A stretch of DNA of 26,674 nt from positions 1 through 26,674 of the forward strand of contig JBKJLC010000099.1 of NCBI GenBank assembly GCA_046597055.1, read 5' to 3'. The notes beneath the pieces are model-generated. The model worked only from the letters and a program-made list of their open reading frames with translations, made no database searches and was not told the DNA's origin. The position numbers and the translations under genes are program-made. The stretch comes from Kofleriaceae bacterium. GTDB taxonomy: Bacteria; Myxococcota_A; Polyangia; Haliangiales; Haliangiaceae. Shown one piece after another: positions 1 to 10,119 of this stretch; position 1 is the first letter of the stretch, and the number at the start of each line of letters is the position of its first letter.

Positions 1-794
1 GGCACGAACGGACGGATCTCGGGCGACCGCTCGGCCCACGCCTGGGCGACGTCGCGATCGAGCAGGTGGCTCGGCTTCACGTTGCGCAGCGCGGTCAGCA
101 TGGTCGCCCGCACGTGCGGGTGCTCCTGCTCGAGCTGCGCCATCAGGCGGCTCATCGCGTCGCGCTTGAGGCCGAGCTGCGAGCCGCACAGGTTGCACGG
201 GATGATCGGGAACGCGAGCCCGCTGGCGAGCTCGGCGATGTCGGTCTCGGCGCACTCGATCAGCGGGCGGATCACCTCGAACCGGCCGTCGTCGGTGCGG
301 AACTTGGCCGGCATCGCCTGTAGCTTGCCGCTGTAGAACAGGTTCATCAGGAACGTCTCGAGCGAGTCGTCGCGATGATGCCCGAGCGCGATCTTGGTGC
401 AGCCGAGCCGCTCGGCCGCGGTATAGAGGATGCCGCGCCGCAGCCGCGAGCACAGCGAGCAATAGGTCTGCGCGCTGTCGAGCCGCGAGGTCACCACCGC
501 GTAGGTGTCCTCGCGCAGGATCTCGTAGCGAAGCCCGGTCGCCGCCAGGTGGCGCTGCAGCCCACTCCCGTCGTAGCCGGGCTGGGCTTGATCGAGGTGG
601 ACCGCGATCAGCTCGATCGCGAACGGCAGGCGCGGGGCGAGCCGGGCCAGCAGGTGGAGCAGCGTGTAACTGTCCTTGCCGCCCGACATCGCGACCATGA
701 CCCGATCGCCCGGTGCGAACAGCTCGTACGACGCGCAGGTCTCCTTGACCTCGCGGTACAGGAGCGTCTCCAGACGACGCAGGGCGTCGGACAT
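1..794 (-). CDS. ttcA: tRNA 2-thiocytidine(32) synthetase TtcA (3' end runs off window)
   Basis: Manual translation from ATG 794: MSDALRRLETLLYREVKETC..., with PP-loop VAMSGGKDS, CSLCSRLRRG, GHHRDD and FPIIPCNLCGSQ motifs. Absent from the ORF track because there is no stop in the window. Confidence 0.93.
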   Translation of the reverse strand, partial: MSDALRRLETLLYREVKETCASYELFAPGDRVMVAMSGGKDSYTLLHLLARLAPRLPFAIELIAVHLDQAQPGYDGSGLQRHLAATGLRYEILREDTYAVVTSRLDSAQTYCSLCSRLRRGILYTAAERLGCTKIALGHHRDDSLETFLMNLFYSGKLQAMPAKFRTDDGRFEVIRPLIECAETDIAELASGLAFPIIPCNLCGSQLGLKRDAMSRLMAQLEQEHPHVRATMLTALRNVKPSHLLDRDVAQAWAERSPEIRPFV

Positions 795-800
795 CGCGAC

Positions 801-828
801 ATCCTACGTAGGTGCCCGGCTGGCGCAA
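801..828 (-). promoter_or_regulatory. Putative sigma70 promoter of ttcA (leaderless)
   Basis: Minus strand TTGCGC-16 nt-TAGGAT, then 6 nt to the ATG. Confidence 0.5.
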
Positions 829-847
829 GCCCTCTGGTCGGGAGGTA

Positions 848-893
848 GGTCAGCGCGGCGCGTCGAGCCGCCGGTCAGCGCGGCGCGTCGAGC
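848..893. repeat. Perfect 21-bp direct repeat, two copies
   Basis: GGTCAGCGCGGCGCGTCGAGC at 848-868 and 873-893. Confidence 0.9.
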
Positions 894-1102
894 GCGCCGG
901 CCGCGACCAGCGCGTCCTTCTCGGCGGGCGTGACCGAGGCGGTCATGCACCCGAAGTCGGCCCCCCAGACGCTGGTCCAGGCATCGACCCGGGACTGCGC
1001 CGCCGCCGCCACGGCGGCGTCAACCTCGAGTGGGTACACGCGCACCTTGGCGGCGTCCTTGGTTCCGAGCAGTCCCAGGATCTGATGGACGGATCGCGGC
1101 AT
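875..1102 (-). CDS. Small hypothetical protein (75 aa; alternative ATG at 1111)
   Basis: MPRSVHQILGLLGTKDAAKVRVYPLEVD...LDAPR. Protein-like composition, GC-rich third positions, and it fills the gap between ttcA and the kinase. Confidence 0.6.
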   Translation of the reverse strand: MPRSVHQILGLLGTKDAAKVRVYPLEVDAAVAAAAQSRVDAWTSVWGADFGCMTASVTPAEKDALVAAGALDAPR

Positions 1103-1245
1103 GGGCTCCATGTTGCCCGCGGGTCTGACACCGCGGTGTCGTGGCACGCACGCACACCCGGGCGCGAGCGCGCGAGCGCGACTTCGCCAGGGGGTCGAAC
1201 GCACCACGATCCCTCGCCGCCCGCGCTGGCGTGCGAGCCCGGATC

Positions 1246-1261
1246 GGGCACGGCGGCTGCA
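1246..1261 (+). promoter_or_regulatory. Candidate sigma54 -24/-12 promoter
   Basis: GGGCACGGCGGCTGCA has GG-N10-GC spacing and lies just upstream of the kinase ATG at 1274. Confidence 0.4.
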
Positions 1262-1273
1262 CATCGGCGAACC

Positions 1274-2476
1274 ATGACCACGAGCGATGCCCCGGCGAAC
1301 TCCAACGCCGCGCCTCTCACGCCCGACACGGTGATCGGCGGCTACCGGATCATTCGCCAGCTCGCGAACGGTGGGATGGGGGTGGTGTACGAGGCATCGC
1401 ACACGATCTTGCCGCGTCGCGCTGCGCTCAAGGTGATGCACCGCGAGCTGCTGGCCGCCGACGACTCGTGCCAGCGCCTGCTGCAGGAGGCCTGCATCCT
1501 GGAGCGCTTCCAGCACCCCGGCGTGGTCGAGATCTACGACTGCGGCAACCTACCCGACGGCCGGCCCTGGATCGCGATGGAGCTGGTCAGCGGGGTCACC
1601 CTGGCCAGCCGCATCTCCGCCGGCCCGCGGCTGCCGGTCGACCAGGTGGTCCGCCTGATGTCCCGCATCACCGAGATCCTGGTGCCGGCCCACGCCCTCG
1701 GCATCGTCCATCGCGACCTCAAGCCCGACAACATCCTGCTCGAAGGGGCCGGCGTCGATCGCCCGCGCCTGATCGACTGGGGCATCGCCACCCAGCACCT
1801 GCCGGGCCCGCGCATCACGCTCGGCAACTCGACCCTGGGCACGCCGACCTACATGGCGCCCGAGCAAGCGCGCGGCCTGCCGGTCGACGGCCGCTGCGAC
1901 ATCTACGCGCTCGGCATCCTCGCGTACGAGGTGCTGACCGGCGATCCGCCGTTCCTCGGCGCCACCGCGGTCGACGTGATGATGAAGCACCTGACCACGC
2001 TGCCGCGCCGGATCCGCCAGCTCCGGCCCGATCTGTCGCCCTTCTTCGCCGCGGTGCTGGAGCAGATGCTGGCGAAGGAGCCCGAGGACCGGCCGACCGC
2101 GCCCGAGCTGCTCACCGCGCTCGACTACGTCGCCAGCCGCGAAGCGAGCCCGCGGGTCGGGCCGGCGCCGGTCTCGCAAACGGCGTTCGACGAGCTGGGC
2201 CCGATCGCCGGTAGCACCCCGGCCAACGACGTGGCCGTCACCAGCGCGGGCGCGCCCGACCATGCGGACGGCGCGGACGACGATCGCGATGATGATGACG
2301 ATGATGGCGACGCGGGCGCCTACGCCGAGCTGGTCGTCGACGACGCCCCGATGCTGGGCGCGCCCCGGTGGACCCCGCAGCACCTGGTGGCGACGGACCG
2401 CCCCGGGGGCCGCACCCCGATCACGCCGCGGACGCAGACCGACGCGATCGCAGGCGAGGTCGACACCGACGCCTGA
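1274..2476 (+). CDS. Cytoplasmic Hanks-type Ser/Thr protein kinase with acidic C-terminal tail
   Basis: LANGGMGVVY, AALK, HRDLKPDN, DWG, GTPTYMAPEQ, DIYALG motifs; no TM segment; DDDRDDDDDDGD tract. Confidence 0.92.
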   Translation: MTTSDAPANSNAAPLTPDTVIGGYRIIRQLANGGMGVVYEASHTILPRRAALKVMHRELLAADDSCQRLLQEACILERFQHPGVVEIYDCGNLPDGRPWIAMELVSGVTLASRISAGPRLPVDQVVRLMSRITEILVPAHALGIVHRDLKPDNILLEGAGVDRPRLIDWGIATQHLPGPRITLGNSTLGTPTYMAPEQARGLPVDGRCDIYALGILAYEVLTGDPPFLGATAVDVMMKHLTTLPRRIRQLRPDLSPFFAAVLEQMLAKEPEDRPTAPELLTALDYVASREASPRVGPAPVSQTAFDELGPIAGSTPANDVAVTSAGAPDHADGADDDRDDDDDDGDAGAYAELVVDDAPMLGAPRWTPQHLVATDRPGGRTPITPRTQTDAIAGEVDTDA

Positions 2477-2535
2477 CGACACCTGCCGACGGCGACCGGT
2501 GCCCGGCGCGCGCGACTCGCGGTATGCTGGCCGTG

Positions 2536-2793
2536 ATGGCGCCCCCCGATGTCGAAGCGTTGCACCGAGCCCTGCTGAAGAAGGGGTTTCACCTCGACGA
2601 TCCCCAGCCGCATGAGTGCTCCGCGTGCAAGGAGCGCGCGGTCGCCGTTTACGTGCTGTCGGGCAGCAAGCCGGGCGGTCGCGACATCGAGCTGTGCCAG
2701 GCCTGCGGTCATGCGCGGTCGTGGCGGCGCCGCAACATGGGCGAGATTCGCGAAGAGGACCTCACGTTCGACCTGACCAAGTTCCTCGGTTAG
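2536..2793 (+). CDS. Small hypothetical protein with two CxxC motifs (possible zinc finger)
   Basis: 85 aa with ECSACK and LCQACGH; TATGCT lies 7 nt upstream of the ATG. Confidence 0.75.
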   Translation: MAPPDVEALHRALLKKGFHLDDPQPHECSACKERAVAVYVLSGSKPGGRDIELCQACGHARSWRRRNMGEIREEDLTFDLTKFLG

Positions 2794-2825
2794 TCCCGGC
2801 AGTCCCCCATGAACGACCCGCGCGC

Positions 2826-3380
2826 GTGATCCTGTCGCGCACCGTCCGCCGCTGCCTGCTCGCCGTGCTGATCGGCGCGTTCGTCGCCGGCGCGACCTAC
2901 CTGTGGCGCAGCGGCCGGGTCAGCCCGATCAGCGTCAGCGCCTGGCTCGAGTCGCTGGGCCCGGCCGCGCCCCTGATCTTCCTCGGCGCGTTCGTCGGCG
3001 GCGCGTTCGTCGGCTTGCCCGGCATCGTGTTCGTGGTCGGCGGCCGCCTGGCCTTCGGGACCGGGCTCGGGTTCGTGCTCGGCTACGTCGGCGGCATGCT
3101 CGCGATCACCGCGCCGTTCGTGACGGCCCGCCTCCTGCGCCGCCCGGCCGCGCCCCCGTGGCGCCCGCGCGGACGCCTCGCCGGGCGCGCCTTCGCGCTC
3201 CTCGAGCGCCACCCGTTCCTCGCGGTCGTGCTCCTGCGGCTGGTGCTCTGGTTCAACCCCCCGCTCAGCTACGCACTGGCGCTGACGCCGATCCGACTCC
3301 CGGTCTACCTCGCGGCCTGCGCGCTGGCGCTGGCCCCGGTGGTCGCGCTCGCGGTGACCGCGACCAGCTGGTTCCTGTGA
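2826..3380 (+). CDS. VTT-domain (TVP38/TMEM64/DedA family) membrane protein
   Basis: Hydrophobic helices with GLPG..GG..FG...G and LLRLV..P...SYALAL patterns. The GTG start is inferred. Confidence 0.82.
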   Translation: MILSRTVRRCLLAVLIGAFVAGATYLWRSGRVSPISVSAWLESLGPAAPLIFLGAFVGGAFVGLPGIVFVVGGRLAFGTGLGFVLGYVGGMLAITAPFVTARLLRRPAAPPWRPRGRLAGRAFALLERHPFLAVVLLRLVLWFNPPLSYALALTPIRLPVYLAACALALAPVVALAVTATSWFL

Positions 3381-3411
3381 TGCCGCTGCCCCGTAGGCTC
3401 GGCCCGCAGCC

Positions 3412-3915
3412 TCAGCTGACCGCGGCGGCGCTCGCGCCGGCGCGCAGCCGCTCGGCGAGCCGCTGGCCCGCCTTCAGGAACAGGCGCTGCGCGATCACGC
3501 GGAGCGCCGGCGCCCCCAGCCGGCCGATGCCGCTCGGTGCCGCCGCCATCGTCCAGTCGAGCCGGGTGCCGCCCGCGACCCCGGTGAGGCGGTAGTCCTC
3601 GGCCATCTGCCGCACCAGCGGCGAGGAGGTCCCGGTCATCGTGAACGCGAAGCGCACGCCTGGGTCCCACGCGATCATCCGCTCGCGATAGGAGCCGAGC
3701 ACCCGCACTGCGACCTCGCGCTCGGCGCCGAGCCCGCCCGTCGCCCCGTCAAGCCACGCCGCCCGGTGCATCAGCGGGAACCACGCGGTCCACTCCGGCG
3801 CGTTCGCCAGCTCGGCGAACACCGCCGCCGGGGTCCCCGGCAACGTCACCGTCGTGTTGATCCGGACCGGCGCGCTGTCGAGAAAGGCGAGAGTCGTGGG
3901 CTCGAGGTGCTTCAC
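3412..3915 (-). CDS. SRPBCC (polyketide cyclase/START-like) family protein
   Basis: PAAVFAELANAPEWTAWFP, GGLGAERE, ERMIAWDPGVRFAF, GGTRLDW. Confidence 0.85.
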   Translation of the reverse strand: MKHLEPTTLAFLDSAPVRINTTVTLPGTPAAVFAELANAPEWTAWFPLMHRAAWLDGATGGLGAEREVAVRVLGSYRERMIAWDPGVRFAFTMTGTSSPLVRQMAEDYRLTGVAGGTRLDWTMAAAPSGIGRLGAPALRVIAQRLFLKAGQRLAERLRAGASAAAVS

Positions 3916-4027
3916 CCGGCCATTCTAGGGTTTCGCCAAGGATTGACCACAGCTTGCCAGGCGAGAACGCGCTGCCCCCTTCCCGGTGTTCTCGAGCGAA
4001 GCGCGCAGCCCGAAGTCGAGCCCGGCA

Positions 4028-5665
4028 TCAGCCCGCGTCGTCGTCGAACGTCCACCCGGGCTCCAGCGGCGCGAGCGTGGCGCGGTGCGCGTCGGCGGTG
4101 GCGCGGATCGCGACCAGCTCGCCCGCGGGCATCCGATCCAGGTGGCCGAGCAGCGTGCGCATCCGCGGGTTGACCGCGAGCCGCTCGCGGTGGCGGGCGA
4201 GGAAGTCCCAGTACATCGCGTTGAACGGGCAGGCGCCCTCGCCCGAGCGGCGGGTGGGGTCGAACGTGCAGCGCGCGCATGGCGCCTCGTCGCGGACCGC
4301 CGGCGCGTGGCGACCCTTGGCGGTCACGCCCGACATCCGCTGGATGTACGCGGCCGACGCGACGTACGGCTTGGTCGTGAACGCATCGGTCCCGAACATG
4401 CCCATGCCGACCACGTTGGGCAGCTCGACCCACTCGTACGCGTCGACGAACGCCGCCCAGAACCAGTGCGAGACCGGGCGTGGATCGAGCCCGGCGAGGG
4501 TTGCATAGTTGCAGATCACCATCAGGCGCTGGATGTGGTGCGCGTAGCCGGTGTCACGCACGCTCGCAAGTGCCTCGCGCAGGCACATCGCATCCGTCCG
4601 CTCGGGCTCCCAGAACGCGGCCGGCAGCGGCAGCGTCGCGCCGAGCTGGTTGGCCGTGCGCAGGCCGGGCATCAGGTGCCAGTAGATCGCGCGCACGAAC
4701 TCACGCCACCCGATCACCTGGCGGACGAATGCCTCGGCGGAGGCGAGCGGGATCGCGCCACGCGTGTACGCCGCGATCACCTCGTCGATGACCTCGCTCG
4801 GGTGCAGCAGGCCGAGGTTCATCAGCGGCGACAAGAGCGAGTGGAACAGGTAGCGCTGGTCGCTGCGGATCGCGTCCTCGTAACGCCCGAAGTCCGGCAG
4901 CCGGCCGGCCACGAACGAGCGCAGCCAGGTCAGCGCATCCGCGCGCCGCGTCGGCCAGCCAAACGGCTCGAGCGTGCCCCACCGGCCGGCGCGTGCGGCG
5001 AACCGGATCGCGCTCTGCGTGATCGCGTCGGGCTCGATCCACGGGATCTCGGGTGGGGTCACCCCGCGGGCGTGCTCGCGGTTGTCCGCATCGAACGACC
5101 ACTTGCCGCCGAGTGGCTTGCCGTCCTCGTCGAGCAAGAGGCCCAGTCGCTTGCGCATCATCGGGTAGAAATCCGCCATCCGCGGCTGCTTGCGCCCGCG
5201 CATCCACGCCGCGGCCTCGGCGCGCGACAGCAGGAAGTGGCCGCCCGCGCCGCCGTCGGGGTGAAGCGTCAGCGGCAGCTCGGTCGCGAGAGCGCGGACC
5301 CGCGCATCGATCGCGTACTCACGGGGCTCGACGGCATGCAGCCGCGTCGGCTTCGCCCACGCCACGAACTGCCGGATCGCGGTCTCGTAGTCGTCACCGA
5401 CGCGGTGCTCGACGTGGAACCCCGCGGCGCGGCGCTCGGCCACGAACTGCCGCAACGCACCCACCACGAGCGCGAGTTTCTGGCGGTGGAACGGCAGCGC
5501 GGTCGGCTTGGCGCGCGTCTCGAGCACCAGCAGCGCACCATCGCGCGGCGTGGCCGGGAACGCGGCGAGCCGCGGATCGAGATCCCACGGCAACACGATC
5601 GTCACCGCATCGAACCTTGTCCGCGACGCCTGCTCGGCGGGGAGGGGCTTCGGAACCTCGCTCAC
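4028..5665 (-). CDS. Fe-S bacterial cryptochrome/photolyase (FeS-BCP; CryB/PhrB-like)
   Basis: HRQKL, GGKWSFDADNR, FHSLLSPLMNLGLL, FVRQVIGWREF, HHIQRLMV, DAYEWVELPNV, TKPY, and four Cys (AMCL, CARC, ACPFN). Confidence 0.92.
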   Translation of the reverse strand: MSEVPKPLPAEQASRTRFDAVTIVLPWDLDPRLAAFPATPRDGALLVLETRAKPTALPFHRQKLALVVGALRQFVAERRAAGFHVEHRVGDDYETAIRQFVAWAKPTRLHAVEPREYAIDARVRALATELPLTLHPDGGAGGHFLLSRAEAAAWMRGRKQPRMADFYPMMRKRLGLLLDEDGKPLGGKWSFDADNREHARGVTPPEIPWIEPDAITQSAIRFAARAGRWGTLEPFGWPTRRADALTWLRSFVAGRLPDFGRYEDAIRSDQRYLFHSLLSPLMNLGLLHPSEVIDEVIAAYTRGAIPLASAEAFVRQVIGWREFVRAIYWHLMPGLRTANQLGATLPLPAAFWEPERTDAMCLREALASVRDTGYAHHIQRLMVICNYATLAGLDPRPVSHWFWAAFVDAYEWVELPNVVGMGMFGTDAFTTKPYVASAAYIQRMSGVTAKGRHAPAVRDEAPCARCTFDPTRRSGEGACPFNAMYWDFLARHRERLAVNPRMRTLLGHLDRMPAGELVAIRATADAHRATLAPLEPGWTFDDDAG

Positions 5666-5718
5666 GGTGGCGCGGACGCGGCGGCGGTCAGGGCGAGGAG
5701 GAGGCTGAAACGCTTCAT
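5662..5718 (-). other. 18-codon signal-peptide-like upstream ORF or gene remnant
   Basis: GAAAGGA Shine-Dalgarno, then MKRFSLLLALTAAASAPP*; its TGA overlaps the photolyase GTG (GTGA). Confidence 0.45.
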
Positions 5719-5888
5719 GCGGTTCCTTTCGTGACGCCGCTTGGAGGCCTCGAGTGCACCCTTGGTTACACCTGCCGCGCCGACGCGACCGCCGCGAGCC
5801 CGAGCAGGGATCGGTAGGGGTCTGGCATTGGCGACTCGAACCGCAACGATCGCGCCGCGTCCATGCATCCCGCTGGTGCCGGGGCCGC

Positions 5889-6461
5889 TCAGCCGGGCGG
5901 CACGATCGCCGCCACCGGGATCGCGACCTCGGGAAACCCGCGCAGGGTCAGCGACGCGCCGCACCCGACGATCGTGCGCGATGTCCAGCCGTCCGCGGTC
6001 GGAGAGCGGTACACCTCGACCTGACGCCCGGCCAGGTCGACGACCCAGTACTCGTCGACCGACGCATGGCCGTACAGGAGCCGCTTCACCCCACGGTCCT
6101 TGCGCAACGAGCTGTTCGAGACCTCCACGACCAGGAGCGCCCGGCGCGGGTGCGCCGTCCAGTACTCCCCGGCGGGCGCAACCACCACGTCCGGCAGCGG
6201 CTCGCAGTCGTCGGAGGCCGCGAACGCGCTCTGGACCCGCACCTCGGCGCGCTCGCCGAGCTGGCGCATCAGCAGCCGCGCGAGCCGGTTCACTGATTGA
6301 TCGTGCGCCGGATCAACCGGGCTCATGGCGACCAGCGCCCCGAACAGCAGCTCGACCCGTTCCTCCTCGAACATGCCGCTCGCGGCCAGCGCCTCGAACT
6401 CCGCGCGCCGGAGCGGGCGCACCAGCTCCGGCAGCTCGGCCCACACGTCGGCGGCGTTCAT
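5889..6461 (-). CDS. Uma2 (DUF820) family endonuclease-fold protein (alternative ATG at 6467)
   Basis: RVELLFG, PLPDVVV, LLVVEVSNSSLRKDRGVK, EYWVVDL. Confidence 0.9.
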   Translation of the reverse strand: MNAADVWAELPELVRPLRRAEFEALAASGMFEEERVELLFGALVAMSPVDPAHDQSVNRLARLLMRQLGERAEVRVQSAFAASDDCEPLPDVVVAPAGEYWTAHPRRALLVVEVSNSSLRKDRGVKRLLYGHASVDEYWVVDLAGRQVEVYRSPTADGWTSRTIVGCGASLTLRGFPEVAIPVAAIVPPG

Positions 6462-6608
6462 GTCCATCAGCGTAGCACCTCCCCATCCGGGCCTGCTCAG
6501 CACGTCGAGTGCCAGCCGCAACCCCATGAACCGTCGCGCGCCGTGTCCGCGCACCGGACGAACGTGGCCGCGGTCCGGACGGCCCGTCCGCACGCCGGAC
6601 CAGCCGGC

Positions 6609-6650
6609 AAGAACAGCGAAGCCCCCCGGCCGGGTGGCGCGGAGGGCTTC
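6609..6650 (-). terminator. Probable intrinsic terminator of nrdJ
   Basis: Stem GAAGCCCTCCG / CGGGGGGCTTC (11 bp, one G-U) followed by GCTGTTCTT, about 80 nt after the nrdJ stop. Confidence 0.6.
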
Positions 6651-6730
6651 CAGGCAAACGTTGTCGTCTGCCACTACACCGATGACGGCCGCGCGGTCAC
6701 GCAGCCTGGAGTCACGGGATCAATCAGCAA

Positions 6731-9616
<2,886 letters not shown>

Positions 9617-9619
9617 GAC

Positions 9620-9850
9620 CACCTCCTGAACGTGTGTCTGGGCCATCAAATAACGGATAACGGAGAAAAAAAAGGGCACGGAGATCCTGGGGTCGCGCAG
9701 AGTCATCTGCGCGAACTTCCAGGGAATTTCCCCTAAGCCCCATGACGAGAGGAACGAAACCCCAAAACTACGAAGCGAAACGCGAGCTGACCCCGCGGTT
9801 GGCGTGGGGTCGACGAAGATTCGCCGGGCACAACAGGGCTGCCCGGCGAG
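9620..9850 (-). promoter_or_regulatory. Structured 5' leader of nrdJ with terminator-like hairpin
   Basis: Hairpins at 9821-9849, 9789-9811 and about 9674-9740; the last is followed by 8 U (9666-9673). Confidence 0.5.
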
Positions 9851-9856
9851 AGGTCG

Positions 9857-9885
9857 GTGATAAACCTCCCCGCCGTCCGAGGCAA
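9857..9885 (-). promoter_or_regulatory. Putative sigma70 promoter of nrdJ
   Basis: TTGCCT-17 nt-TATCAC on the minus strand. Confidence 0.5.
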
Positions 9886-9894
9886 CAAAAAGGG

Positions 9895-9941
9895 CTACTA
9901 GATTTAGGGGTCGGCATGGGCCCGCCCACAACATGTAGCGT
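9895..9941. promoter_or_regulatory. Tandem NrdR boxes
   Basis: CTACTAGATTTAGGGG (9895-9910) and CCACAACATGTAGCGT (9926-9941) match the acaCwAtATaTwGtgt core, with starts 31 bp apart, upstream of an RNR gene. Confidence 0.82.
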
Positions 9942-9942
9942 G

Positions 9943-10041
9943 CCTCCCACAGCTCATCCACCGTCTTCCACAGGCTGTCCTCACGTGAACCCACAGACAA
10001 ACCGCTGCGATTTCCAGTCACTCCGCCCAACCTGTGGACGA
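9943..10041. promoter_or_regulatory. Array of DnaA-box-like 9-mers
   Basis: CCTCCCACA, TCATCCACC, TCTTCCACA, CTGTCCTCA and GAACCCACA at 10-12 bp spacing, plus a reverse TCGTCCACA at 10033-10041. Confidence 0.55.
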
Positions 10042-10119
10042 CGTGCCAGCCGCCCCCCAGGGGTGTGCGCCAGAGCAGATCTCCACCCCCAAAAAAGTTG
10101 CCCGGAAGACGCGAACGCG

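Noticed and set aside
848..893. CRISPR array
   Set aside because: Only two repeats with a 4-nt gap, and no cas genes.
5889..6461. Uma2 as part of a defence system
   Set aside because: It is a solitary gene with no methylase, toxin or other partner; such genes are commonly scattered paralogs.
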